Positions 24,703 to 34,902 of a DNA stretch of 64,000 bases are shown here, piece by piece. The translations under genes and the position numbers were made by a program. This DNA is from Gammaproteobacteria bacterium. GTDB taxonomy: Bacteria; Pseudomonadota; Gammaproteobacteria; Steroidobacterales; Foliamicaceae. The first letter of the stretch is position 1. The number at the start of each line of letters is the position of its first letter. Below the pieces are notes generated by a model. The model searched no databases. It was not told the DNA's origin and was given only the letters and a program-made list of their open reading frames with translations. Location of the stretch: contig VXYS01000010.1 in the NCBI GenBank assembly GCA_009845905.1, forward strand, positions 94,321 to 158,320, read 5' to 3'.

Positions 24703-25514
24703 CAGGGCGCCGGGTAATCCTTCATCCTGAACGGCCCCAGCACTTCGCCGGTCGGCAGACAGGACATCAGTTCTCCATCAATTCGCCGCACCTCGGGCCG
24801 GGTGACGGGCACCGGCTTGCGAGCCATCGAGGCAGCCCATTTCTTCGCCCTGGACACGCTTCCCATCTCGCTCAGGATTCGCAGGCAATGCCGGGTCGGA
24901 TGAGCCAATGGAATTTTCCGCTCCAGCGCCTGACCCGGCTCAAACCAGCGAGCTTGCAGTATCTCCCTGCCGTCCGCGTGCACTCGAATACCGGGCGATG
25001 ATTCCGCCAGGAAAAACCGCGTCGAGAAGCGCCTCGGCGCGGCGCTTGGGGTTATCCAATGCGACACGTAGTGCAAGCGCCTGACCGGGAGTCTCCAGTT
25101 CCGGCGGCGGCAGAGTTCCGCAAACCTGATCCTGCCCTCCAGAAGCGCTCGACGGTCCGCAAGCGTGCCGCGAGGACCTTGCCCGCAGCCGTTCACCGCG
25201 GCAAGCACGCCCGTCTCCTCAAAAGTTTCGCGAATGGCCGCCACCCAGTAGTCCAGACCATTTCGGGGAAGGCCAAGCATACGACTGGCACGACTGTCGT
25301 CGAGGCCCAGGCAGCGGCGGTGCAGTTGCACATCCCCGTCCTGCTCGTCGAGCACGCCGCCGGGGAACACCCACGCCCCGCCGAAAGCAGCGCGAGTGAT
25401 TCGGCGGAGCAGCAGAACCTCCAGGCCGGCGCGAGACTGCCGAAGCAGCATCAGCGTGGCGGAAGGCAAGGCCCGGGGAAAATGCCAGGGCATTCCCCGG
25501 GTCGGCCCGGACAT
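24702..25514 (-). CDS. NUDIX hydrolase
   Basis: 270 aa. Nudix box elements GGVLD...AAIRETFEETGVL. Confidence 0.8.
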   Translation of the reverse strand: MSGPTRGMPWHFPRALPSATLMLLRQSRAGLEVLLLRRITRAAFGGAWVFPGGVLDEQDGDVQLHRRCLGLDDSRASRMLGLPRNGLDYWVAAIRETFEETGVLAAVNGCGQGPRGTLADRRALLEGRIRFAELCRRRNWRLPVRRLHYVSHWITPSAAPRRFSTRFFLAESSPGIRVHADGREILQARWFEPGQALERKIPLAHPTRHCLRILSEMGSVSRAKKWAASMARKPVPVTRPEVRRIDGELMSCLPTGEVLGPFRMKDYPAP

Positions 25515-25517
25515 GGC

Positions 25518-26651
25518 TTAGCCCCTCAAGCCCGATTCGTTCACGGACGCACCATCGGAAGAGGCCGCGGGCGCATCCAGCAAGCCCAGGGCATTCGCGC
25601 GCCGGACCCGGTGACGCCGCGCCAGTTCGCGCATATCCACCGCCGAGTCGGTCTCATCGACGATTTCCAGACCGAGCAGCGTTTCAATAACGTCTTCCAT
25701 GGTCACGATTCCCGCCATGCCTCCGAATTCGTCCAGCACCACGGCCAGGTGCTCCTGGCGCTTTCGCAGTTCTTCGAACAGGTCGGTAATGGCGAACGAC
25801 TCGTCCACCGCGACAATTTCGCGACGCAAGGCGGCCATGGGCTGGTGTCCTCGCCCCTCCACCATTGCGGCGAACAGGTCGTCTTTCATCACGTAGCCGG
25901 TGATGTGGTCCTTGGATTCGTCGTGCACGGGAATCCGGGAAAAGGAATGGCTTCTGGCCTTCGTGTAGTAGTCGGCGATGGGCTCGTTTTGCGATGCCAC
26001 GGTAACGACCGTGCGCGGAGTCATCACGTCCCGCGACTGAATCGCCTGAAAGCGGATCAGGTGGCCGATCATTTCGCTTTCCCCGGCTTCGAGCACGCCC
26101 TCCTGCGTGCCCAGTTCCGCCATCGCGAGAAAGTCGGTCCGCGTCAGTATCGGCTGGGTCGTGTCGCGCCTCAAACCCCGGGTGATGTACTGGCTCAACC
26201 ACACGAACGGAGCCAGCACCGTCGTCAACAGGCGCAGCGAGTGCACGGTGAAAGCCACGAGCCGCTGCCAGTACAGCGCGCCGATCGTCTTGGGCACGAT
26301 CTCCGAGAGGATCAGTATCGCGATCGTCATGATCGCAGGCACCGCAACCCTCGTTATCCACGGATTCGCCTGCTCCCAGATTACCGCTGCCTGTGCGCCC
26401 ACACCGATGGCGCCGACCGTGTGGGCAATGGTGTTCAGCGTCAGTATCGCCGCCAGGGGACGGTCGATATTGGCCTTGAAATCTTCAAGATACCGCCCGA
26501 CGCGCGTACCCTGCTGAGACTGCAGGCGCGCATGACTCGGCGTAACGCTGAGCAGCACCGCCTCCCACAACGAGCAGAAGAAGGAAAAAGTCAGCGCCAG
26601 CAGAAAAAACGCAATGATCAGGGAATACATGAGCGGATATTGTGACACCAA
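25518..26651 (-). CDS. CNNM/DUF21 transmembrane domain plus CBS-pair protein (hemolysin-family / Mg-Co transporter-like)
   Basis: 377 aa. N-terminal 4-TM DUF21 pattern (FFCSLWEAVLLS, LNTIAHTVGA) followed by a CBS pair. An alternative ATG start lies at 26630. Confidence 0.85.
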   Translation of the reverse strand: MVSQYPLMYSLIIAFFLLALTFSFFCSLWEAVLLSVTPSHARLQSQQGTRVGRYLEDFKANIDRPLAAILTLNTIAHTVGAIGVGAQAAVIWEQANPWITRVAVPAIMTIAILILSEIVPKTIGALYWQRLVAFTVHSLRLLTTVLAPFVWLSQYITRGLRRDTTQPILTRTDFLAMAELGTQEGVLEAGESEMIGHLIRFQAIQSRDVMTPRTVVTVASQNEPIADYYTKARSHSFSRIPVHDESKDHITGYVMKDDLFAAMVEGRGHQPMAALRREIVAVDESFAITDLFEELRKRQEHLAVVLDEFGGMAGIVTMEDVIETLLGLEIVDETDSAVDMRELARRHRVRRANALGLLDAPAASSDGASVNESGLRG

Positions 26652-26702
26652 TGCCTGGTTACGGTAGCATCACGCCTCCTTGCGCAAATTGAGGGTAACC
26701 GG

Positions 26703-27461
26703 ATGCGATTTGACGATCGGTCGGTAGTCATTACGGGCGCGGCCGGCGGGCTGGGACAGGCCTACGCGGTGGAGTTCGCCCGCCTGGGCGCACGCCTGAT
26801 GCTGTGCGATCTGAAGGACTGCGACGAAAGCGAGGCGCTGGCGCGCGAACAGGGCGCGGAGGTCCTGACCGCGAAAGTGGACGTGACCTCGCTTTCCGAT
26901 CTGGAGGCCATGGCCGCCCGCACCGCCGAGGCCTACGGCCGGATCGACGTGCTGGTGAACAACGCCGGCTGGTGGGGCAACCTGGAACTCACGCGATTCG
27001 ACGAAGTGGAGGAAGAGCTGTGGGACGCGACGATGGCGGTGAACGTGAAGGGCGTGTGGCTGGCCAGTCGGGCGGCGGCCCAACACATGAGATCCGGGGA
27101 TGGTGGATCCATCATCAACATCGCCTCGCTGGCCGCGACCTACGGAATGGCCAACGTCATTCACTACACCACTTCGAAGGCCGCGGTGATTGGCCTGACG
27201 CGCGGCCTGGCGCGGGAAATGGGACGCTACAACGTGCGCGTCAATGCAGTCGCGCCCAATATCGTTTCAACCCAGGCGTCCGCGGAATTCTTCGGCGACA
27301 AGTATGACAAGGCCATCGGCGCAACGACCTCGCAGCAGGCGATCCGACGGCCGCTGGACAGTTCGGACGTGGTCGGCGCCGTTTTGTGGCTGGCCAGCGA
27401 CTTAAGCCGCATGACAACCGGCCAGACCCTGATGGTGGACGGCGGCGTAACCTTCCTCTAG
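26703..27461 (+). CDS. SDR family oxidoreductase (classical, FabG-like)
   Basis: 252 aa. VVITGAAGGLGQA (TGxxxGxG), NNAG, YTTSKAAV (YxxxK). Confidence 0.9.
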   Translation: MRFDDRSVVITGAAGGLGQAYAVEFARLGARLMLCDLKDCDESEALAREQGAEVLTAKVDVTSLSDLEAMAARTAEAYGRIDVLVNNAGWWGNLELTRFDEVEEELWDATMAVNVKGVWLASRAAAQHMRSGDGGSIINIASLAATYGMANVIHYTTSKAAVIGLTRGLAREMGRYNVRVNAVAPNIVSTQASAEFFGDKYDKAIGATTSQQAIRRPLDSSDVVGAVLWLASDLSRMTTGQTLMVDGGVTFL

Positions 27462-27475
27462 CCGCCGACAGAAAA

Positions 27476-28270
27476 TCAGAAGGGCTGCGGTTCGCCGTTG
27501 TAGCGGATGAACGTGCCGGAATCCTCCGGCGTCAGGTTCTCGATCACGTCGATCATGCCGGCAATGCTCTCGGGCGGCTCGAGAAAACCCTTGAGTCCCA
27601 TCCGATCGACCATCTCGGCCACTTTTTCCACCTTGACGGTGCCGGGCGACAGCAACGCGACGGTTACGCCCTTGCGTTTCGAGTCGGCGGCGACCCCCAC
27701 CATCATCATGTTCAGCGCGGCCTTGCTCGAGCGATACCAGTAGATTCCGCCTTTTCCGCCGGAATCGCCCTCAAAGGAACCGGCCAGCGAACTGACGGCA
27801 ACGATCTTCTTCTGGTCGCTGGCCTCCACGTTGTCCATGAAAGCCTCGCTGACCTTGAGCGCGCCCAGCGCATTGGTGCGGAAGAAGTGGACCGCCATGT
27901 CATAGTCCAGCGTCCCCAGCGTCTGGGGCCGCGGCTTGGTGAAATCGCCCGTTATGCCGGCGTTATTGATGAGCACGTCGATCGGCATGCCGGCCAGCTT
28001 CTCCGCCAGCGCGTCGATGCTGGAGTGGTCGGTCACGTCCAGCTTTTCCGCGCGAACGGCGGGGTACTGCTCCTCGAGCGCCGCCAGGGTATCGGGGGTC
28101 GTGTCGCGGCGGTGGGTGGCGATGACGGTCCATCCCCGATCCGCGTACTGCTTGGCGAATTCCAGTCCAATACCGCGGTTGGAACCGGTAACGAGCACTG
28201 TCTGCGCCTGTACGGCGGACATCAGTACAAAAGAGGCCAGCAGGCCCGCGGCGATTGTGGCGTTGCGCAT
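27476..28270 (-). CDS. SDR with N-terminal signal/anchor segment (paralog of 4217-5056)
   Basis: 264 aa. MRNATIAAGLLASFVLMSAVQA is followed directly by QTVLVTGSNRGIGLEF. Also NNAGI and YRSSKAAL. Confidence 0.85.
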   Translation of the reverse strand: MRNATIAAGLLASFVLMSAVQAQTVLVTGSNRGIGLEFAKQYADRGWTVIATHRRDTTPDTLAALEEQYPAVRAEKLDVTDHSSIDALAEKLAGMPIDVLINNAGITGDFTKPRPQTLGTLDYDMAVHFFRTNALGALKVSEAFMDNVEASDQKKIVAVSSLAGSFEGDSGGKGGIYWYRSSKAALNMMMVGVAADSKRKGVTVALLSPGTVKVEKVAEMVDRMGLKGFLEPPESIAGMIDVIENLTPEDSGTFIRYNGEPQPF

Positions 28271-28368
28271 GGATAGTTCCCGCAGTACATCAGAGCGCGC
28301 ATTGTATCCCTCGGGAAAGCGACCGATGCGCTCCGAAACGCATCGGCGCGCGCATACAATTCCGGCGG

Positions 28369-29538
28369 ATGAGCAATCAGCCCGTCATGTTGATCGGGGC
28401 CGGCATCGGCGGCCTTACCTGCGCGCTCGCCCTGCAGCGCGCCGGCATTGCCGTGAGGGTGTACGAGCAGGCGCCGGAACTGGGCGAGGTGGGGGCCGGA
28501 CTTACGCTCAGCCCGAACGGTTCGAAAGCGCTGATGGGCCTGGGTCTGGAGAGCGAGCTGGCGGAGCTGGCCGACCCGCCCTCATACCAGGCCGTGCATC
28601 ACTATCAGACGGGTCAGGTGCTGGTTCGCCGCGAACGCGGTGACCTGACGACCCGGCAGTACGGCGCACCCTATTACCAGATCCACAGGGCCGACCTGCA
28701 CGACATGCTGGGTGACGCCGTGCGGGCGAACGATCCCGAGTGCATTGTCCTCGGCCACGAATTCCAGCGCTATACCCAGGACGAGAACGGGGTCACCGCC
28801 TGGTTCGCCAACGGCAACAGCGCCTCCGGACGGGTCCTGGTGGGCTGCGACGGCGTGAAGTCGCCGGTGCGTTCGCAGATGCGCGGGCAGGAATCGCCGA
28901 ATTTCACCGGTTACGTCGCCTGGCGCGGCCTGGCCCCCGCCGCCAAGGTGCCGGCCGATGCGGTGGATCCACCCTCCGGCACATACATCGGACCGGGCCA
29001 CCTCTTCGTGCGCTACCTGATCCGCGGAGGCGAGACGGTCAACTACGTCGCATTCGTGGAAAGGGACGACTGGCAGGTGGAGAGCTGGTCGCAACGATCG
29101 ACCGTGAAGGAAGTGCTGGAGGAGTTTTCGGAATTTCACGGCCTGGTGCAGTCGATCATCGGAGCCACACCGCCGGAACTCTGCTACAAGTGGGGCCTGT
29201 TTTCGCGGCGTCCCCTGAAGTCCTGGAGCTCAGGGCGTGTTTCACTGCTTGGAGACGCCGCCCATCCCACCCTGCCCTTCATGGGGATGGGCGCAGTCAT
29301 GGCGATCGAGGACGGGGTCGTGCTGGCGCGGTGCATGGCGGATTCCGGCAGTGTTTCCGAAGCGTTCCGACGCTACGAGGCCGCCCGCGTGGAGCGCACC
29401 ACGCTGGTGATGCTGGAGTCCGGGGAAATCATTCACCGGTTCTTTGCCCCGGACACGGAACGCTTCGCCGAACGCAATAACCGGAACGAGGAATCGCTGG
29501 GCCTTTTCCGCTACGACGCGTGGCAGGTTCCGGTATAA
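28369..29538 (+). CDS. FAD-dependent monooxygenase (salicylate-hydroxylase/UbiH-like, group A)
   Basis: Start at MSNQPVMLIGAGIGGLTCALAL (GxGxxG). Also DGVKSPVR and GDAAHPTLPFMGMGAVMAIED. The longer ORF from 28255 is rejected. Confidence 0.85.
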   Translation: MSNQPVMLIGAGIGGLTCALALQRAGIAVRVYEQAPELGEVGAGLTLSPNGSKALMGLGLESELAELADPPSYQAVHHYQTGQVLVRRERGDLTTRQYGAPYYQIHRADLHDMLGDAVRANDPECIVLGHEFQRYTQDENGVTAWFANGNSASGRVLVGCDGVKSPVRSQMRGQESPNFTGYVAWRGLAPAAKVPADAVDPPSGTYIGPGHLFVRYLIRGGETVNYVAFVERDDWQVESWSQRSTVKEVLEEFSEFHGLVQSIIGATPPELCYKWGLFSRRPLKSWSSGRVSLLGDAAHPTLPFMGMGAVMAIEDGVVLARCMADSGSVSEAFRRYEAARVERTTLVMLESGEIIHRFFAPDTERFAERNNRNEESLGLFRYDAWQVPV

Positions 29539-29569
29539 ACTAATTGCTCTGTAATCCAGGAGCACAATC

Positions 29570-30715
29570 ATGTTCATCAACTTCTGGTATCCGGCGGTCG
29601 AGTCGGAGAAACTCAAGGACAAGCCGCTCAAGCAACGCATGCTGGGTCAGGACTTCGTGCTGTGGCGCGACGAGGAAGGTCAGGCCCATTGCCTCAGCAA
29701 CACCTGCTGCCACCGCGGCGGTTCGCTTGGCGACGGCGTGGTGGAAGACAGTTGCGTGCAATGTCCGTACCACGGCTGGCGATTCAACGGGGACGGGCAG
29801 TGCGTGCGCGTGCCGTCCATCGGCATGAAGGCCAAGCCGCCCGGGCGGGCGCGGGTGGACTCCTACCCGGTCATGGAACGCTACGGCCTGGTTTTCTGTT
29901 TCCTCGGCGACCTCGACGAATCGGAACGGCCGCCGCTGCTCGAGATCAAGGAGTGGGGCCAGGAAGGCTGGTCGTCCACCATCCAGTCATTCGAATGGAA
30001 CTTCAACTACAAGCGATCAATCGAAAACGGCATCGACCCGGCCCACAACGAGTTCGTGCACCCCACCCATGGCATGAAGGGCATGGACGAGAACTACAAG
30101 GTCCACGAGCTGGACATGCGCGAAACCGACTGGGGCACGGGGTTCTTCAACGAGGTCTTCGCGCCGCCCCTGGCCGAAAAGAAAATGCGCGAGGCTTCCG
30201 GGGAGACCAAGAACCGCATCATAAGAGCGGGCACCGGCCACCACGGACCGGCCTCCGTGTGGACCTTCATCAATCCCACTCCGGTCATGCACATTTACCA
30301 GTACCTGTACGAAGCGCCGGTCGACGAGGACAACACGCGGCTGTTCCTGATCAACATGCGCAACTTCATGCTGGAAGACATCTACGACGAAACCATGATG
30401 GAGCGGAACCAGTACGTGGCAACACAGGACCGGGACGTGCTGTATGAACTCCACCCGAAGATCACGCCGCGGGTGAATACCAAGGAACTTTTCACTCCCT
30501 CGGACTACCCCATCGGGCGCTACCGGGAATGGCTGAAGGAATGGGAAGCCCGCGGCTGGCGCATCGATCTGGACAAGGTTCGCGAGCAGGAACGCCATAC
30601 GGCGTTCGCAATACCAAGCCCGGAACGGCGCAGGAAGAAAGGCTGGGTGATCGATCCCATCCCGCTGATGCCGGCCACGCCGGCGCGGGCCGTGGAGACC
30701 GACCAGGCCGCCTGA
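29570..30715 (+). CDS. Rieske non-heme iron oxygenase alpha subunit (class IA-like), paralog 1
   Basis: 381 aa. CCHRGGSL...CPYHGWRF Rieske motif. Iron motif ENGIDPAHNEFVH. Confidence 0.9.
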   Translation: MFINFWYPAVESEKLKDKPLKQRMLGQDFVLWRDEEGQAHCLSNTCCHRGGSLGDGVVEDSCVQCPYHGWRFNGDGQCVRVPSIGMKAKPPGRARVDSYPVMERYGLVFCFLGDLDESERPPLLEIKEWGQEGWSSTIQSFEWNFNYKRSIENGIDPAHNEFVHPTHGMKGMDENYKVHELDMRETDWGTGFFNEVFAPPLAEKKMREASGETKNRIIRAGTGHHGPASVWTFINPTPVMHIYQYLYEAPVDEDNTRLFLINMRNFMLEDIYDETMMERNQYVATQDRDVLYELHPKITPRVNTKELFTPSDYPIGRYREWLKEWEARGWRIDLDKVREQERHTAFAIPSPERRRKKGWVIDPIPLMPATPARAVETDQAA

Positions 30716-30718
30716 CCC

Positions 30719-31864
30719 ATGTTCATCAACTTCTGGTATCCCGCGGTCGAGTCCGGGAAGCTGGAAGGAGCGCCGCTGAAGAGGCGGATGCTCGGCCAGG
30801 ACTTCGTGCTGTGGCGCGACGACGACGGACAGGCCCACTGCCTCAGCAATACCTGCTGCCACCGGGGCGGCTCGCTCGCCGAAGGCCTGGTGGCCGACAG
30901 TTGCGTGCAATGTCCGTACCACGGCTGGCGCTTCAATGGCGAGGGGCAATGCGTGCGCGTGCCGTCCATCGGCATGAAGGCCAAGCCGCCCGGACGTGCG
31001 CGGGTGGACTCGTATCCGGTCATGGAACGCTACGGCCTGGTCTTCTGTTTCCTGGGGGACCTCGACGAATCCGAACGGCCGCCGCTCCTTGAAATCCCCG
31101 AGTGGGGCCAGGAAGGCTGGCAGCCCACGCTTCAGTACTTCGAATGGGAAGTCGAATACAGGCGCGCCGTGGAAAACGGCATCGACCCGGCGCACAACGA
31201 ATTCGTCCACGACACCCACGGCATGAAGGGAGAGGACGAGAACTACAAGGTCAGCGATCTGGACATTCGGGAAACGGACTGGGGCACGGGTTTCTACAAC
31301 GAGGTGTACGCGCCGCCGCTGCCGGAGAAGCGGATGCGCGAATCCTCAAGAGTGACCGGGAACAGCACCATCACCGTAGGCACGGGCCATCACGGGCCCG
31401 CTTCCGTGTGGACGCATATCAATCCCTCGCCGGTCATGAAGATCTATCAGTACCTGTACCGCGTGCCCATCGACGAGGTTCTTACGGGCTTGTACATGGT
31501 CACGATGCGCAACTTCATGCAGGACGAAGCGCACGACGAAACCATCATGAAGCGCAATGAGTACGTCGCGTTCCAGGATCGGGACATCCTTCTTCTCCTG
31601 CATCCGAAGTTGGCGCCGCGAACCAGCGCCAAAGACATGCTCATGCCGTCGGACTACGCGGTAGGCCGCTACCGCCAATGGCTCGCGGAATGGGAAGCGC
31701 GCGGCTGGCTCATCGACACGGAAAAGGTCCGCAAGGCCGACCGGCATACCGCTTTCGCCATCCCCAGCCCCGGCCGCCGCGTGAAAAAGGGCTGGGTGGT
31801 CGACCCCATCCCGCTGGTGCCCGCGACATCCGCGGACGCAGCAAAGAGCGACCAGGCCGCGTAG
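30719..31864 (+). CDS. Rieske non-heme iron oxygenase alpha subunit, paralog 2
   Basis: 381 aa, starting 3 nt after the stop of paralog 1. Same motifs. The N-terminal 130 aa or so are nearly identical to paralog 1; the catalytic domain has diverged. Confidence 0.9.
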   Translation: MFINFWYPAVESGKLEGAPLKRRMLGQDFVLWRDDDGQAHCLSNTCCHRGGSLAEGLVADSCVQCPYHGWRFNGEGQCVRVPSIGMKAKPPGRARVDSYPVMERYGLVFCFLGDLDESERPPLLEIPEWGQEGWQPTLQYFEWEVEYRRAVENGIDPAHNEFVHDTHGMKGEDENYKVSDLDIRETDWGTGFYNEVYAPPLPEKRMRESSRVTGNSTITVGTGHHGPASVWTHINPSPVMKIYQYLYRVPIDEVLTGLYMVTMRNFMQDEAHDETIMKRNEYVAFQDRDILLLLHPKLAPRTSAKDMLMPSDYAVGRYRQWLAEWEARGWLIDTEKVRKADRHTAFAIPSPGRRVKKGWVVDPIPLVPATSADAAKSDQAA

Positions 31865-31933
31865 CCTGGGGGCGAGGGCGTCTCGCCCTCGTTCGTGACA
31901 GCTATTTCGAGGGCGGGACGCCCTCGCTCCCGG
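31865..31933. repeat. family-2 intergenic hairpin repeat
   Basis: CCTGGGGGCGAGGGCG-TCT-CGCCCTCG ... CGAGGGCG-GGA-CGCCCTCGCTCCCGGG fills the gap between convergent stop codons. Confidence 0.85.
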
Positions 31934-31934
31934 G

Positions 31935-33323
31935 CTACGCGGATTCGTGCCCGGCGCGCAGTTCGTCCAGGTATTCCCGGGTCAGGGTCCAGCGCAACAG
32001 GATGATGCCGGCAATCAGGTTGCAGACCGACGGAACCAGGGCAATGGAGATACGGATTCCGGTGAGCGCACCCGGATCCTGCTGAATCGCTTCGGCGTCA
32101 ACGGTGGACTGGTAACCCAGCATCCCGAGAATTACGCCGATGACCACGGGGGCCCCCATGAACGCGAACTTCTCCACCATGTTGTATGCGCCGGCGAACA
32201 CGCCCTCGCGCCGCAGGCCGGTCTTCAGGTAATCGTATTCCTGCACGTCGGGCAGCAGCGACATGCCCAGCAGCAACTTGCCCATACCGAAGAACGAAAG
32301 AATCAGGGCCCTCACGAACAGCAGCCATACGGGTTCGTCCGTGGGGACGAACCACCACCAGAGCGCTCCCACCATGAAGCCGAACGTAGCAAGCATCAGG
32401 GCGCGGTGTTTGCCCACCTTGCGCGAGAACGGCACCCAGAACAGCGGAGCCGCCAATAGCGGCATGATCAGGTTGCCGCCGAGCGCGTACCAGAGCATGA
32501 CGTCCTGGGAATGCCCCAGGATGTCCACGATAAAGAACAGGACGCTCCCCGCCGCCACGCCGGTGGCCAGCAGGGTCAGCAGCTTGAAGGCCGCCAGTTT
32601 CAGGAAGTGCACGTTGGACGCGGCCGTGCGGATCTGCCCCCATGGGCTCTCCCGGGGCTGTACGTGCTCGGTTGCGCGCGCACCGGCCGTTCCGAAGAAA
32701 CAGGCAATCATCGCCACCAGCGCCAGGACGCCGAACAGCCAGCCCACCAGTTCGTAGCCTTCGTTGCCGCCTCCGAACTGCGCAGCCAGCGCAGGCCCGA
32801 CTCCGATCACGGTGAAGGTTCCTATCATGATGGCCACGGCGCGAAATGACATGATGGCCGTACGTTCATCGTAGTTGGTGGACATTTCCGCCGGCATCGC
32901 GATATGCGGAACGTTGAACAGCGTATAGCCGGTGTTGAACACGATCAGTCCCGCCAGCACATAAGCCGCCTTCTCGAAATCCGCCCACTCGGCGGGGGTG
33001 CTGAACAGCATCACGAATGCCCCGCCGCACACGAAGGCGCCCACCAGCAGCCAGGGCCGGCGGCGACCGAAGCGGCTCCTGGTCCGGTCGCTGATGATGC
33101 CCATCGGCAGGTCGGTCACGAAATCGTACGCCTTGGCGATCATCAGGAGCGTCCCGGCCGTAAGGACCGCGACCCCGGCAACCCGCGTCAGGTAAAAGAG
33201 GAGGATCGTGGCGTAGGTATTGAAGAGCAGCGCCACGCCCAGGGCGCCGATGCCCCAGCCCGCGCGCAGCGAAAGCGGAACGGTGCCCTCGACCCGGGTC
33301 AATCGGCCAAGCCTGGTTTGCAT
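31935..33323 (-). CDS. GPH-family (MFS superfamily) cation symporter
   Basis: Polytopic. GPH signature DLPMGIISDRTRSRFGRRRPWLL. ATG at 33323 (MQTRLGRL) is preferred; the ORF is open to 33389. Confidence 0.8.
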   Translation of the reverse strand: MQTRLGRLTRVEGTVPLSLRAGWGIGALGVALLFNTYATILLFYLTRVAGVAVLTAGTLLMIAKAYDFVTDLPMGIISDRTRSRFGRRRPWLLVGAFVCGGAFVMLFSTPAEWADFEKAAYVLAGLIVFNTGYTLFNVPHIAMPAEMSTNYDERTAIMSFRAVAIMIGTFTVIGVGPALAAQFGGGNEGYELVGWLFGVLALVAMIACFFGTAGARATEHVQPRESPWGQIRTAASNVHFLKLAAFKLLTLLATGVAAGSVLFFIVDILGHSQDVMLWYALGGNLIMPLLAAPLFWVPFSRKVGKHRALMLATFGFMVGALWWWFVPTDEPVWLLFVRALILSFFGMGKLLLGMSLLPDVQEYDYLKTGLRREGVFAGAYNMVEKFAFMGAPVVIGVILGMLGYQSTVDAEAIQQDPGALTGIRISIALVPSVCNLIAGIILLRWTLTREYLDELRAGHESA

Positions 33324-33450
33324 TATTTGGGCGCCTCGAGTCAGAGCGTAGCGCGGCAGGATAGCACGGGGCGCCGATTGTCGTGTCACGCGACGCCGGG
33401 AGGGTGTATCCTCGCCAACCTGTTCCCATCAACGAAGGAGAGCGGCAGCA

Positions 33451-34890
33451 ATGGCCGAATACGAGTACCGCAAGTTTTTCATCGGCGGCGAGTGGGTCGA
33501 TCCGGCCGAGCCGCGGGAACTGGACGTGATCAATCCGGCCACCGAGAAACCCGCCGGGATTATTTCGCTGGGCGGCGCCGCGGACGTCGACCGGGCCGTG
33601 GCGGCGGCGCGCGAGGCTTTCGGCGGCTACTCGCGCACCGGCAGGCAGGAACGCCTTGACCTGATCGACGCGTTCATCGCCGCCTACAAGGCCCGCTACA
33701 ACGACATGGCGGACGCGATCACGGCTGAGATGGGCGCGCCGAAACGCCTGTCCACCCGGGCGCAGGCCGCCATGGGTGTGGTCATCGCCAAGACCGTGCG
33801 GCGGTTGCTGGAGAACTTCGAGTTCGAGGAACAGCGCGGCGGCACCCTGATCCGGCGCGAGCCGATCGGCGTGTGCGGATTCATTACGCCCTGGAACTGG
33901 CCGATCAACCAGATCGGACTGAAGGTCCTGCCGGCGCTGGCGGCCGGCTGCACGATGGTGCTGAAGCCCAGCGAAATCGCACCGTTCAGCGGCATGGTAT
34001 TCGCCGAAGTCATCGAAGCCGCGGGCGTGCCCGCCGGCGTCTTCAACCTGGTCAACGGCGACGGCCCCGGTGTCGGTCAGGCCATCGCCGGGCATCCCGG
34101 TATCGACATGGTCTCGTTCACCGGTTCCACCCGGGGAGGGATCGCGGTGGCCGCCACCGCCGCCGGAACGGTCAAGCGGGTCAGCCAGGAACTGGGCGGC
34201 AAGTCGCCCAACCTCATCCTGGACGAGGCCTCGCTGGAACAGGGCGTGATCAACGGCATGCGCAACGTCTGCATGAACACCGGACAGTCGTGCAATGCGC
34301 CGACGCGTTTACTGGTCCCGGCCGAGCTGCACGACAAGGCCGTGGAAATCTCGGTGGCCTCCGCCGCCCGGGCGCGAATCGGCGACCCCGGGTCGGAGAA
34401 CACGACGATGGGGCCCCTGGTCAGCGAGGCGCAGTTCGAAAAGGTGCAGGGACTCATCCGCAGGGGCATCGAGGAAGGCGCCACGCTGGCGACCGGCGGT
34501 CCGGGCAGGCCCGATGGCCTCGAAAAGGGCTATTTCGTCAAGCCGACGGTGTTCGGCAACGTGAGCAACGACATGACGATCGCGCGCAAGGAGATTTTCG
34601 GGCCGGTTTTGTGCGTTATTCCCTACGACAACCTGGACGAGGCGATTGCGATCGCCAACGACACTGAATACGGGCTGGCCGCTTACGTGTGGGGGGACGA
34701 CCTCGAACAGGCCAGGGGCGTCGCCGCGCAACTGCGCGCCGGCCAGGTCTGTCTCAACGGCCAGTCGGGCGACGCCAGCGCGCCGTTCGGAGGCTACAAG
34801 CAGTCCGGCAACGGCCGCGAGTCCGGCCCCGAAGGCCTGGAGGAATTCCTCGAAACCAAAGCCGTCCTCGGCTACTCCGAAGCCGCCTGA
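33451..34890 (+). CDS. NAD(P)-dependent aldehyde dehydrogenase
   Basis: 479 aa. FTGSTRGG, catalytic Glu in ELGGKSP, catalytic Cys in GQSCNAPTR. Confidence 0.9.
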   Translation: MAEYEYRKFFIGGEWVDPAEPRELDVINPATEKPAGIISLGGAADVDRAVAAAREAFGGYSRTGRQERLDLIDAFIAAYKARYNDMADAITAEMGAPKRLSTRAQAAMGVVIAKTVRRLLENFEFEEQRGGTLIRREPIGVCGFITPWNWPINQIGLKVLPALAAGCTMVLKPSEIAPFSGMVFAEVIEAAGVPAGVFNLVNGDGPGVGQAIAGHPGIDMVSFTGSTRGGIAVAATAAGTVKRVSQELGGKSPNLILDEASLEQGVINGMRNVCMNTGQSCNAPTRLLVPAELHDKAVEISVASAARARIGDPGSENTTMGPLVSEAQFEKVQGLIRRGIEEGATLATGGPGRPDGLEKGYFVKPTVFGNVSNDMTIARKEIFGPVLCVIPYDNLDEAIAIANDTEYGLAAYVWGDDLEQARGVAAQLRAGQVCLNGQSGDASAPFGGYKQSGNGRESGPEGLEEFLETKAVLGYSEAA

Positions 34891-34902
34891 ATTCGTCCAG
34901 AC

